DNA of 64,000 bases from positions 1-64,000 of the IMG/VR virus record IMGVR_UViG_3300044712_000792; one strand, 5' to 3'. This document shows positions 10,221-20,153 of this stretch, piece by piece. The notes under the pieces are model-generated. The model ran no database searches and was not told the DNA's origin. It saw only the letters and a list, made by a program, of their open reading frames with translations. Each line of letters opens with the position of its first letter. Within the stretch, counting starts at the first letter, position 1. This DNA is from a virus. A program made the position numbers and the translations under genes.

Positions 10221-10748
10221 ATGAAAAAGTTCGTAATTATGGCAATGGTTTTGATGTTCGGTGTGGCGATGTTCGCTGAAGCACCCAAATTTACGGTCCC
10301 CAACCCTGAACTTTATGTTGGTGTAGGTTCAACTATTATCAATACAAAGGGTGATGTAAAAGAGTATAGCGTAGATTTTGCTACCAATTATACTCTTGGT
10401 TTTAGGGCTTATGTTCTTCCCAAGCTGTCTCTAAATCTTAATATGACTAGAGATAACATCAAGCTTGGAACTTGGCAGGCTGTAGGTAAGTATGATTTCT
10501 CTGCTTATAACCTTTCCGCAGAATATTGGCTGTTTAAGAACGCTTATATTTACGGTGGTCCTACTTACTTCACTTCTCCCATAGAAGATGTATCAGAGAA
10601 GTGGGGATTTGAATGTGGCATGGGACTCAAAGCACCGCTGTCAAAGCATTTCTTTTTCAATGGTCAGCTTGGTTATGTAAGAGTAACAGATTTCATTATT
10701 CCCGAAAATACTGGAACGATTAAGGCCCTCATAGGCTATCAGTTTTAA
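10221..10748 (+). CDS. Outer-membrane 8-stranded beta-barrel protein (OmpA-TM/Ail/OmpW-like)
   Basis: Signal peptide MKKFVIMAMVLMFGVAMFA; alternating aromatic beta strands; C-terminal BAM signal IGYQF. Confidence 0.85.
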   Translation: MKKFVIMAMVLMFGVAMFAEAPKFTVPNPELYVGVGSTIINTKGDVKEYSVDFATNYTLGFRAYVLPKLSLNLNMTRDNIKLGTWQAVGKYDFSAYNLSAEYWLFKNAYIYGGPTYFTSPIEDVSEKWGFECGMGLKAPLSKHFFFNGQLGYVRVTDFIIPENTGTIKALIGYQF

Positions 10749-10777
10749 GTAAGTTACAAGACAATCTAACAAATATC

Positions 10778-10808
10778 AGGGGTAGATTGATTCTGCCCCT
10801 TTTATTTT
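10778..10808 (+). terminator. Rho-independent terminator after OMP gene
   Basis: AGGGGTAGA-TTGAT-TCTGCCCCT stem then T-rich run. Confidence 0.85.
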
Positions 10809-10850
10809 ATTTTACTTTATACTTGTTTTACTATATGTAAGGAGGTGTTG

Positions 10851-11498
10851 ATGGAAAGTGGAGTTTATCAAATAAGAAATCTAGTAAATGGGAAATGTTA
10901 TGTGGGGTCTTCAAAGAACCTTAAAAGAAGAAAGAAAGAACATTTTGTTTATCTAAAAAAAGGGAAAAACCCCAAAGAAAACAAACATTTACAAAACGCA
11001 TATAATAAATATGGAGCGGAAAATTTCACTTTTGAAATACTTGAATATTGTGACGAAAATATTTTGATTTCTAGGGAGCAATATTACATTGATTCACTTA
11101 AGTCTAGCGATAGTACGTTTGGGTATAATATCAGAAAAATAGCCGATTCAAATTTTGGTGTACCTTGTCCAGAAGAAACCAAAAAAATATTATCAGAGTT
11201 AAACTCTGGAGAAAACCATCCTCAATTTGGCAAACCTAAAGCAGAAAAAACAAAATCCCTTTTATCAAAGGCTAATATGGGAAAGGTGTCACCCTGGAAA
11301 GGGAAAAAACATACGGAAGGAACAAAACAAAAGTTGTCTTTCGCACATACAGGGAAAAAACATACGGAAGAAACAAAACAAAAGTTGTCTATTGCACATA
11401 CAGGGAAAAAACATACGGAAGAACACAAAAGACACACATCAGAGGCTAAAAAACAAAGGGATTTAGAAAACTTATTAAGAACTATAGCTTACGCATAA
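10851..11498 (+). CDS. Free-standing GIY-YIG homing endonuclease with NUMOD3 repeats
   Basis: GVYQIRN...YVGSS...RR..EH, REQYY, GYN; GKKHTEETKQKLS repeats. Confidence 0.93.
   Translation: MESGVYQIRNLVNGKCYVGSSKNLKRRKKEHFVYLKKGKNPKENKHLQNAYNKYGAENFTFEILEYCDENILISREQYYIDSLKSSDSTFGYNIRKIADSNFGVPCPEETKKILSELNSGENHPQFGKPKAEKTKSLLSKANMGKVSPWKGKKHTEGTKQKLSFAHTGKKHTEETKQKLSIAHTGKKHTEEHKRHTSEAKKQRDLENLLRTIAYA
11300..11423 (+). repeat. 51-bp coding tandem repeat (NUMOD3 units)
   Basis: AGGGAAAAAACATACGGAAG at 11300, 11351 and 11402. Confidence 0.85.
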
Positions 11499-11507
11499 GG
11501 AGACTAA

Positions 11508-12185
11508 ATGAAACAAGATAAAAAATCTAGTATTTGGGATATTCCATCAGATGAATTTATATGTATAATAAAAAAATGTCCTACATACACAAAAGCATTA
11601 CATTTTTGTAATTCATCTGCTAGAGGTAGAAATATTGATACATTAAAAGCTAGAATGAAAAAAGAAGGATTAACCAAAAAAGATTTAGGTTCACAATTAG
11701 ACCCAGCTTTTCTGTTTCCACAATGGGAACCTGGTAGTCGTGGAGATAACAATGAAATAAAACTCTCTAAAGTATTTAAAAAAGATTCAGAATTTACGCA
11801 CACTAGTACTTTGAAAAGGAAAATTTTGAAAAACAATTTGTTACCTTATAAATGTAACATATGTGGACTAGAACCAAAATGGAATGGGCAATCTTTAGTA
11901 TTAGTTATTGACCACAAAAATGGTGTGCATAATGATAATAGGGTAAAAAACCTACAATTTTTATGTCCAAACTGCAATAGTCAACAAGCTACTTTTTGTA
12001 ATGGTGCTACCAAGCTAAAAAGTAAAAGCATAAATTCATTAAAGAAATTATTTAAGTTATCTGAAACAGAGATTAACCAAAAAGGCATTAAGCCAGTGTA
12101 TGATGAGGAAGGTAATTTATTAGAGTTTGAAATTTGTAAAAAAAGTAAGAAGGAAGAGGAATGCCTAACTACGAAGAACGATTAA
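11508..12185 (+). CDS. HNH endonuclease
   Basis: CNICG...IDHKNG...NDNRVKNLQFLCPNC. Confidence 0.9.
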   Translation: MKQDKKSSIWDIPSDEFICIIKKCPTYTKALHFCNSSARGRNIDTLKARMKKEGLTKKDLGSQLDPAFLFPQWEPGSRGDNNEIKLSKVFKKDSEFTHTSTLKRKILKNNLLPYKCNICGLEPKWNGQSLVLVIDHKNGVHNDNRVKNLQFLCPNCNSQQATFCNGATKLKSKSINSLKKLFKLSETEINQKGIKPVYDEEGNLLEFEICKKSKKEEECLTTKND

Positions 12186-12535
12186 ATATACCTATAATTG
12201 GAAACGACACTACTATGTTTTATACTTTGGATGAAACTCTAATAGCTAAAGGGTATCTTCGTATTGTTATAGGTGGTAGAGGTCCTTACATAGAGTTCAC
12301 AGAAGAACAAATTATTTGGGATAATACATTTATTCCAGATACTCAAGAATGGCGTAAAGATAGCACAAATGCTTTCTACATAGAACATAGAACTTCTGAC
12401 AAGGCTAATGTTAAGATATACGAACAGAAGAAGTTAGTTGATTATGCAGATTACAAAATAGGATTGTTCTACATATCTCCATTTGATTTATACACAAAGG
12501 ATGGCAGAATAATAGAACCATTAAGGAAAAAATAA
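12161..12535 (+). CDS. Hypothetical protein
   Basis: 124 aa; RIVIGGRGPYIEF. Confidence 0.6.
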   Translation: MPNYEERLNIPIIGNDTTMFYTLDETLIAKGYLRIVIGGRGPYIEFTEEQIIWDNTFIPDTQEWRKDSTNAFYIEHRTSDKANVKIYEQKKLVDYADYKIGLFYISPFDLYTKDGRIIEPLRKK

Positions 12536-12556
12536 TTGTGTATTTGTTTTAATAGT
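12535..12556 (+). promoter_or_regulatory. Recurrent phage promoter-like motif (copy)
   Basis: ATTGTGTATTTGTTTTAATAGT. Confidence 0.7.
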
Positions 12557-12570
12557 ATGGAGAGTGTTTA

Positions 12571-12921
12571 ATGAAAGAAGCTATTGTTAAGTATTTCGGC
12601 AATCCTATGAAAGTATGTTGTGATGGTAATTGTAAGAAGGCTTGGGGAATAGACACAAGACCAACAGAAAGTTTATCAGATGATTATGATGATTATGCCT
12701 TTCTTGCTGATGATGAACTAGGAGATGCCCCAGAAAATCCCGGAACTGCTGAAGGACCAGATTGTAAACCGCTATCTTCAGACGAGTTCCCAAACAAATG
12801 GTGTGTACGACAATGCGAGAGATGTAATCATAGCAAATTTGGTGAGTCTATGTTGGATTTAACCCCTATAAATTTCGACAAAAGGGTGTATAACTATGAC
12901 AGTAGGAAAGAAGAGGTATAG
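12571..12921 (+). CDS. Hypothetical Cys-containing protein
   Basis: CDGNCKKAWG...NKWCVRQCERC. Confidence 0.6.
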   Translation: MKEAIVKYFGNPMKVCCDGNCKKAWGIDTRPTESLSDDYDDYAFLADDELGDAPENPGTAEGPDCKPLSSDEFPNKWCVRQCERCNHSKFGESMLDLTPINFDKRVYNYDSRKEEV

Positions 12922-12923
12922 AT

Positions 12924-14075
12924 ATGGCTGAAAGATTATTGGCTAGTGTTCAAGAAGTTGTAAAAATAAGTCCAATAGAGGGTGCTGATAGGATTGAAGT
13001 TGCCACAGTTCTAGGGTGGGAATGTGTAGTTCCTAAAGGACAATTCAAAGAAGGCGATTTAGTAGTCTACTTTGAAATAGATTCCCTTATCCCATATACA
13101 GAGTGGTCAAAGTTTCTGTGGAAAGATAAGGCTGTTATAAATCAGGAAGAAGCAAGGCATAGGTTGAAAACTATGAAATTGAGAGGTCATATTTCTCAAG
13201 GACTTGTTCAGCCTCTATCTATAATTCCTAATAAAGTAGCTAATGGATTTCGTATGACTTATTGTGTGAAGGTAGGTGATGATGTTACAAAAATCTTGAA
13301 TGTGATAAAATACGAACCAGATATGCCAGCAAATCTTCGTGGTAATATTAAGTCTAGGAAGGTTAATTGGTTGAGAGGTAAGTTGTATAAGTATTTTCCT
13401 TTCTTCTTTAAGCATAGACCAACATCTACCACATTCCCTCCGTTTCTACAAAAAACAGATGAAACAAGAGTTCAATCTATACCCAAGATATTTGATGAAA
13501 TTCGTGGTATGGATGTTTATATCACGGAAAAATTAGATGGAACTTCTGTTACCTACTATCTTAATGGGAAGGAATTTGGAGTTTGTTCTAGGAATTTTGA
13601 ACTACAAGAGAGCAAGGATAACACTTATTGGCAGATAGCGAAAGAGTATGACATCAAGAACAAGCTTAAAGAATACTTGAAAACCACTAACTACAAGGGT
13701 ATAGCTATTCAAGGAGAAATCATAGGTGAGGGTATACAAAAAAATCCTCTTGGTATTAAGGGGAAGAAGCTTTTTATATTCAACCTTTATCACATAAACA
13801 CAAAGAGTTATGCTTCTTTTGACGAACTTAAAGACTTCGGCAAGATTATGGAAATACCGATGGTTCCTATTCTTGAACATAGGGCAAGAGTTGATATGTT
13901 CTGGGATGTGAGTAAACTTATAGAAATGGCAAAGGGTAATTCTGTACTTAATCCCAAAGTCAAAAGAGAAGGTATTGTTGTAAGGACTATGCTTGATACT
14001 TATAGTCATGTAATGAAAGGAAGAATGAGTTTCAAAGCAATAAATAACGATTATCTTTTGTCAGGGGGAGAATAA
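12924..14075 (+). CDS. RNA ligase, DRB0094-like family
   Basis: N-terminal PIEGADRIE...YFEIDS; KTDETRVQ; TEKLDGTS; QGEIIG; REGIV; SFKAINN. Confidence 0.92.
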   Translation: MAERLLASVQEVVKISPIEGADRIEVATVLGWECVVPKGQFKEGDLVVYFEIDSLIPYTEWSKFLWKDKAVINQEEARHRLKTMKLRGHISQGLVQPLSIIPNKVANGFRMTYCVKVGDDVTKILNVIKYEPDMPANLRGNIKSRKVNWLRGKLYKYFPFFFKHRPTSTTFPPFLQKTDETRVQSIPKIFDEIRGMDVYITEKLDGTSVTYYLNGKEFGVCSRNFELQESKDNTYWQIAKEYDIKNKLKEYLKTTNYKGIAIQGEIIGEGIQKNPLGIKGKKLFIFNLYHINTKSYASFDELKDFGKIMEIPMVPILEHRARVDMFWDVSKLIEMAKGNSVLNPKVKREGIVVRTMLDTYSHVMKGRMSFKAINNDYLLSGGE

Positions 14076-14076
14076 A

Positions 14077-14418
14077 ATGAAATACAAAGACATTGAACTA
14101 GAAAATGTTGAACAGATTTTTGAGTTTGGTGATGGTAAAATGCTTATTGGGTGTGCGTGGCTACCATCTGGGGAAATGGCGTTGACTTTAGCCCCATCTG
14201 AAAAGGCTATACCGATAAATAAAACAACTGTGGAAAGTATAGAAAAATCAGATAGAGGCGAGTTTGAGCCACATACTACTATGTTTATTTTCAAAAACCT
14301 AGCAAGTTTTGATGTTGTTTTAGATAGGTTAATGATAATGCGGCTTGAGGGTAGAGGGTGGAGTATAACACAAAAACCAGAGGGTATTTATTCCGAAGAA
14401 CCTTGTGAGGAGAAGTAA
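14077..14418 (+). CDS. Hypothetical protein
   Basis: SD, coupled to ligase. Confidence 0.55.
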   Translation: MKYKDIELENVEQIFEFGDGKMLIGCAWLPSGEMALTLAPSEKAIPINKTTVESIEKSDRGEFEPHTTMFIFKNLASFDVVLDRLMIMRLEGRGWSITQKPEGIYSEEPCEEK

Positions 14419-14782
14419 AATGACTGAATGGAAAGAAGGTGTATTATTAGTAGGTGGGGATATATACAAAATTAAGTTTGATAAGTTTCATTGGATAACA
14501 CATGAACATCAAGATGCTCAAGGGGTATGGCATTTAAATAAGGGTAAAAATGCTACTTGGCTACCAACCCAATTACTAGACTTTAATATAACAATTCCTA
14601 AAACAAAATACGCTCAAGTATTTGTATCTAATGGTGATATGTACCAAATTTGTAATATGAAAATTGACCACAACATTATGACATTTAAATGGGCTTATTT
14701 GCTTGATACTAAACTTTTAATTAGTGGGGATGTAGATTGTTATACTAAATTTCATCCTGGCGAAACTGCTATAAAGGATTGA
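14405..14782 (+). CDS. Hypothetical protein
   Basis: ORF in operon; start uncertain. Confidence 0.5.
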   Translation: MRRSKMTEWKEGVLLVGGDIYKIKFDKFHWITHEHQDAQGVWHLNKGKNATWLPTQLLDFNITIPKTKYAQVFVSNGDMYQICNMKIDHNIMTFKWAYLLDTKLLISGDVDCYTKFHPGETAIKD

Positions 14783-14796
14783 AATAGGAGAATAAA

Positions 14797-14994
14797 ATGA
14801 ATTGCGATGATTGTGATGTAGTTCTTGAAAATGGCGAAGAATTTGTTTGTGATGAGTGCCGTAGGAAAAGGTATTTGAAAAGGCAACACGATGAGTATTA
14901 CAGAAGCCATACCGATGCTTCTGGTGTGCCTGGAGATATGTTTGATACTGGACTTCCTGGGGGTTTTGATGGCGATTATGGAACTCCTTGGTGA
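14797..14994 (+). CDS. Small zinc-finger protein
   Basis: CDDC...CDEC; AGGAG SD. Confidence 0.55.
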   Translation: MNCDDCDVVLENGEEFVCDECRRKRYLKRQHDEYYRSHTDASGVPGDMFDTGLPGGFDGDYGTPW

Positions 14995-14997
14995 TAA

Positions 14998-15945
14998 GTG
15001 AATAAGCTATCAAGATATTTTGATTCTATGAAACAAAAGCCTGTTCTACTTATTGATGGGATGAATATGCTTATCCGCCATACTATGATTAACTTTCATA
15101 GTATCAATGGGGCTGGTCAATGTATTGGTGGTGTTGAAGGTTGTTTAAGAGAGATACTGCACCTAGTAAGAGATTTTAGACCAAAGGCTGTATTCTTTAT
15201 AGCTGAAAGCGGTAGTTTAAGAAAGACTACTTTATTTAGTGATTACAAGAAGCATAGAAAATTAGAGATTAGGGCTAAATCAAGCGTAGTAAAAGAAGAA
15301 TCAGAAGTAAGGTCTATGCTCAATTATCAGCTAAATGTATTAGGAACATTTCTTCCATACTTAAAAATACATTATGTTTATGTTCCATTCGTTGAAGCTG
15401 ATGATGTAGTGGCGGTTTTATCGCATGTTATGAAGCCAAACATTATAATTTCAAATGATACAGATTTTTTACAACTACATAACTTTACAGATACTTTTGT
15501 TTATGACCCAAGAAAGAAGAAGATATTGGAAGCTACTGATATTAAATCGTTTGGGGAAGAATATGCTGTATTGAAGTCTGTCATTGGAGATAAGTCTGAC
15601 AACATAAAAGGTATAGGTAGGGTTGGCTGGAAAACATTGCTAAAGTGGAAACAAGAAAATATTGTGGAAAGCCTAGAGAAACTTTTAGAATTGGCAAGAG
15701 AAAAAGACGACAAATTAAGCAAGAAAATCATAGCTGAATATGAGATAATTAAAAGGAACTATGAACTTATTTGCTTAAAGCCAGAGATAACTTATAATCA
15801 AGAAATGCAGAAAGTTCTTTTAGATGTATTATCTCAACCAGCTAAAATAAACTTTTCAGAAGCTATAAAAGTATTTAAGCACGAAGGACTTAATATGAAT
15901 TTGATTATGGATAACGCTATGATGTTAAGCATTTTGGAGGCTTAA
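14998..15945 (+). CDS. 5'-3' exonuclease/flap nuclease (T4 RNase H-like)
   Basis: LIDGMN, DYKKHR, EADDV, SNDTDFLQ, GDKSDNIKGIGRVG.KT. Confidence 0.93.
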   Translation: MNKLSRYFDSMKQKPVLLIDGMNMLIRHTMINFHSINGAGQCIGGVEGCLREILHLVRDFRPKAVFFIAESGSLRKTTLFSDYKKHRKLEIRAKSSVVKEESEVRSMLNYQLNVLGTFLPYLKIHYVYVPFVEADDVVAVLSHVMKPNIIISNDTDFLQLHNFTDTFVYDPRKKKILEATDIKSFGEEYAVLKSVIGDKSDNIKGIGRVGWKTLLKWKQENIVESLEKLLELAREKDDKLSKKIIAEYEIIKRNYELICLKPEITYNQEMQKVLLDVLSQPAKINFSEAIKVFKHEGLNMNLIMDNAMMLSILEA

Positions 15946-16278
15946 AATGATTGACGGACAGTTTGAAAGTCAAGATGAGTATGATGATTACAAAAGGTGC
16001 AAGTATAGACTTCACCCTCAAAAAGATGAGGATGGAAACTATATAAGCTATGAAGAAGCTATGGGATTTGAGCCTGACGAGGAAGACAATGAAGAATAGG
16101 TTTATTGAATGTGTAGATGTGTATGGTAATCCAAAAATATTCCAGCAAAAAGACATTGGACTTTTAACTAAATACAGCAACCATCAAAACTGGACACTAC
16201 ATCTAAAGTGTGATTATGAGTTTCAAGTTACAGAAATAGTTGCTTTGGACTTAAGAACTAGATTGTTTGGAGACGAAG

Positions 16279-16629
16279 ATGCTATCTAAATTAGCCGATT
16301 TTTTGATACAAAACGCAGAAGATAGGATTAAGGAAAAACAAAGAAAATTATGTTCTACATTGGTGCGGAAGATTAAAGCCGATACATTATTAACAATACT
16401 GCGAATGGAATACCCACAACTAATTGCTGACATCCGTTATGAGGGTATGGGACTTTTGCAACAAGAGATAGAAAAAAACTTGCAAGAAAAGTTTTTTGAT
16501 TATGTTGCCACTAATAATATTAAAGATGATGATTATTATGGTGCTAGGGTTGTTATGTCAGGGGCGGAATTAAAACTATATTTGTGCGAAGTTAATCTAA
16601 AAAATTGTGCGAAGGAGCAGAAAAAATGA
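16279..16629 (+). CDS. Hypothetical protein
   Basis: ORF with SD; internal ATG chosen. Confidence 0.5.
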   Translation: MLSKLADFLIQNAEDRIKEKQRKLCSTLVRKIKADTLLTILRMEYPQLIADIRYEGMGLLQQEIEKNLQEKFFDYVATNNIKDDDYYGARVVMSGAELKLYLCEVNLKNCAKEQKK

Positions 16630-17224
16630 ACACAGACCACATTTTATTGGTTATAGCAGGTGCGATGTTAGGATTTGTTTTATTTTCATGGGGTTTTCTT
16701 TTAGGTGCAGCTATGGAAAAACTTGCTAATAAAGATAAAAAGAAGGAGGGTGAGGGTGAGTAGAAGAGATGGTATTTCTTATGAAGAGTCTATGCAATGG
16801 TACACTAGAAAATATCTTGAGGAGCTTCTGGATATTTATTCAAAGCTAAAAGACCAAAAACTGCGGAGCAAAGAGGAGTATGATAAATTAAAAGAGGTGG
16901 TAGAGTTTCAAAAGGGACAAAGATGAGTAAGATTGATAAGATTTGGATGCGATTTTTGTTAGGGAAGTTATCGTTTAAAGGTCTAACAAAAGAAGTAGAT
17001 AAACTCAATACAAAATCCGAAACAATACCAAAGGATATAGAAGTGGGGGGAGAAGATGAATAATAAATATAAAATCAAAGTTGAAAGTCCTTTACTTCGA
17101 GCAGGGTTAAGCATAGAAACAGAAACTTCGGAAAAATATCTTGTACCTGTATTAAACAAATTGATGGGTTTAATTAGAATTTTTAATACGGAGGCTGAAC
17201 CCAAGAAGGCCAGGGAGGGTGAAG

Positions 17225-17419
17225 ATGATTAGAAGAACGAGAACAGGGGCCGAAATCACCTACGAACATATGGTTAATGAATATATGCGTTATAGAGAAT
17301 TTTGCGGTTGTCCAAAGGAAGTCGTAAAAGCATATGGTAGACATTTCCCTGATTGTCCAGAAAGACTTTCACCAAAATTACCTATATGTTGCGTTGTAAA
17401 GGAGGGCGAAGATGAGTAA
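17225..17419 (+). CDS. Hypothetical protein
   Basis: Starts in repeated cassette. Confidence 0.5.
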   Translation: MIRRTRTGAEITYEHMVNEYMRYREFCGCPKEVVKAYGRHFPDCPERLSPKLPICCVVKEGEDE

Positions 17420-17630
17420 CGGAGTGCTTATGTCAAGTATATTGCTTTGGCTTCCTATGGTATTAGCAGGTGTATTTCTAATCACATGCTTGGCAGCACT
17501 AACAAACCTCATCGTTGGAAAGGAAGTAATACAATTTCCAAATTGGTTAGATGATGTACCAATCTCATGCAATTTAAGTGATGAAGACTTGATTATGGTG
17601 GCATTAGCGGTTGCTGCCTGTTGTTTGTAA
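17412..17630 (+). CDS. Small hydrophobic/membrane protein
   Basis: N-terminal hydrophobic helix. Confidence 0.5.
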   Translation: MSNGVLMSSILLWLPMVLAGVFLITCLAALTNLIVGKEVIQFPNWLDDVPISCNLSDEDLIMVALAVAACCL

Positions 17631-17646
17631 CCAAAGGAGGGCGAAG

Positions 17647-18081
17647 ATGATATGTCCTAAATGTTTTCCTGCTGACCCTAGTATGGCAGGGCTAGACCCT
17701 AATTGCCCCTCTTGCCACGGCACGGGCGAGGTGGATAGTGCGAGGATAGGATGCACTCTGCCAGAAGGTGTAACTCTTGACCCGCCCGAAATGCCTGACA
17801 GACTTTACGATGGTTCGCCTTATTTACCAGATACTAAAGAGGCTTTATTACTGCTTGAGGGAATGTCTGGACATCAAGACTGTATTGGCTGTGAAAATAG
17901 TATTCATAGGCTAGAAGCATATGTAAAGAATTCTCTCCCCAAGGACAAGGTGAGGGAGTTGGTGAGGATATTATTGAATAGAATGGAAAACCCTTGTAAC
18001 TGTTGGGGTGTGTGTGATTGCTGGAAAGGATATGATGATTTATTCAACGCCCTTTTCCCCGAAGGGTTGGAGGAGAAATGA
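17647..18081 (+). CDS. Cys-rich hypothetical protein
   Basis: CPKC, CPSCHGTG, CIGC, CNCWGVCDC. Confidence 0.55.
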   Translation: MICPKCFPADPSMAGLDPNCPSCHGTGEVDSARIGCTLPEGVTLDPPEMPDRLYDGSPYLPDTKEALLLLEGMSGHQDCIGCENSIHRLEAYVKNSLPKDKVRELVRILLNRMENPCNCWGVCDCWKGYDDLFNALFPEGLEEK

Positions 18082-18398
18082 AAGAACTTAAACCTTGTCC
18101 TTTCTGTGGCGGTAAAGCATATAGTAGTACTTATAAAAATGACCAACAAACAGTTTTCAGTATTGGATGTAACACTAATGGTTGTATAATGGAGAATGGG
18201 CACGAAATGTGGTATGCTTCTCCAGAAACAGCCATAGATGCTTGGAACACTAGAATTCCTATGAGTAAATTAGAGGAATTAATTGATTACTATGAAAGAG
18301 AAATCATAGAACACAATAGCGAATATCAACATTTAACAAACTTAAAGAGCGAAAAGTTGGTTGGATTAAAGACAGAATTAGGAGTAAAAAATGTTTAG
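18078..18398 (+). CDS. Lar-family (restriction alleviation-like) zinc-binding protein
   Basis: ELKPCPFCGG...C...C...AIDAWNTR. Confidence 0.75.
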   Translation: MKELKPCPFCGGKAYSSTYKNDQQTVFSIGCNTNGCIMENGHEMWYASPETAIDAWNTRIPMSKLEELIDYYEREIIEHNSEYQHLTNLKSEKLVGLKTELGVKNV

Positions 18399-19015
18399 AA
18401 GAAAAGAATTGCCAAAGATATTTTATCAAATAAAGCATATGGATGTTTCTCGTATGGGTAAGCTAAAGCAGAACCAATGTATTCCACTAGAAGATGTATT
18501 TAAGAGTATTCCTAGATATGATTCTTTTTTAGTAGGAGGGTGGTATGGAACCCAAGACATTGCTTATTGATGAAACAAACAGCCACGCATATGTTTTAAG
18601 GGAAAAAGTTGCTAGACTAATTGATTTATATGAAAGAGAGATTTGGGAGTTTAAAAGCGATTACCATTATAAAGGCAGTCCAGATGCAGAAGATGAAATA
18701 AATTCCATAATATCAAGTTTTGAAATTTGATGCTTATTTGTTTTAAGTAAATGGTAAGTGCCAAAAGAACATAATACAAGAGGTGATAAATATGGGTAGA
18801 GACTGTTTTTGGGAGTATAAAAACTATTATAAAGAAGATGGTTCTGTTGACACTAACTATAATGTTATTGTTACTTCTTGTGATGCTATAATTGATTTAG
18901 AGTGTACAGAACCTTTGTTTGATTATACTGACCCAAAACAAATTCCAGATATTTGTCCTTATTGTGGTAGGGATATGGTAGTTAATCTATAACTTGCTTT
19001 AGAAAAGGAAAATAA

Positions 19016-20113
19016 ATGTCTAAAAAAATTCTGTTTTGCACAGATTTTCACTTGAACTATAAACTTTTTAATGCCTTGAATGCAACAGGGACACCACAGA
19101 GAGCCGATGAAATATACTCAACTTTCAATTGGATTAACAAGCTAGTAAAGAAGTATAACATAGGGCATGTTATATTTGGTGGTGATTTGTTCAATTCTGT
19201 TAGCGACCTAAAACTTCCATTTGTAAAACTAGCTTTAGATGGTTTTAATTTAATAGAAGCGGACATATACATTTTAGACGGCAATCACGATTATAGTGAT
19301 AAAAACTTCTATGCAACTTCACTATTCAAGTATGTTACAAAAGAAATAATACACGAACCAAATTCCACTTTTATTCCTAGTCTGGGCGTCAGGTTTGCTT
19401 ATCTTCCGTTTTGCAGAAACCTTGAAGAAGCAAAGAACAATATTGTAGAAGTATTGAAATATGATGAACCTACAATAGCATTTATGCACCAGGGTATTGA
19501 AGGAAAGTGTTATGACGATTTGGCAGTTCCAGCTAATTTATTTGATAAGCCAAATGTAAAGAGGGTATTCTGTGGACATTATCATTTTTCTTTTGAGGAA
19601 GGTAAGATTGTATATCCAGGTTCTATGTTCTCTTGTAATTTCCTAGACGAAAATCCTAGAAAAGTTGTTATTTATGATGTAGATACGGACGAGTTAATCT
19701 ATGAAGAAAACCCAGCTTGCAGCTATTTTATCTCTTTAACACAAAAACTCATAAATGAAAATATGGAAAAGCTGTTGGAGGTAGCAAAGTCAACATATTT
19801 GAGGGTAGAACTTATGTCAGCCAACGAAGACCTTACAATACCTTATGAGTTTTTAGAGAAGTTCAGAGGCTATGTCATATCTTCAGATAACGCTAAAAAA
19901 GAGTTTGTGCCACAATACACTTATGTGGATTCTAGTTTTACAGCAGAAAGTCCAACTACATCTATTGAAATGACAGAACTTGACTTCAACTATGAAACAT
20001 ATAAAAGTTTGATATTGAATACAAGAGAAAATCAGCAGTATGTAGAAGAACATAAAATCAATAAAGACATACTAGAAGAAGCATTGAAGACGAGTTTTCA
20101 GTTAGGGATTTGA
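19016..20113 (+). CDS. sbcD: SbcD/Mre11-like metallophosphoesterase nuclease (T4 gp47-like)
   Basis: DFH, GGDLF, GNHD, MHQ, GHYH, YPGS. Confidence 0.88.
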   Translation: MSKKILFCTDFHLNYKLFNALNATGTPQRADEIYSTFNWINKLVKKYNIGHVIFGGDLFNSVSDLKLPFVKLALDGFNLIEADIYILDGNHDYSDKNFYATSLFKYVTKEIIHEPNSTFIPSLGVRFAYLPFCRNLEEAKNNIVEVLKYDEPTIAFMHQGIEGKCYDDLAVPANLFDKPNVKRVFCGHYHFSFEEGKIVYPGSMFSCNFLDENPRKVVIYDVDTDELIYEENPACSYFISLTQKLINENMEKLLEVAKSTYLRVELMSANEDLTIPYEFLEKFRGYVISSDNAKKEFVPQYTYVDSSFTAESPTTSIEMTELDFNYETYKSLILNTRENQQYVEEHKINKDILEEALKTSFQLGI

Positions 20114-20153
20114 TACCATATTCAAATAGAATATAACCACAATAGGAGGGTAT

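Larger units (their letters stand above)
17214..17650 (+). repeat. Three copies of GGAGGGYGAAGATGA SD-start cassette
   Basis: Copies at 17214, 17401 and 17636, each supplying SD and ATG of consecutive small ORFs. Confidence 0.8.

Noticed and set aside
11300-11423. CRISPR-like repeat array
   Set aside because: In-frame 51-bp coding repeats without unique spacers (NUMOD3)
10845-12185. Group I intron carrying the endonucleases
   Set aside because: No split gene on the flanks; a terminator, promoter motif and SD precede the GIY-YIG gene
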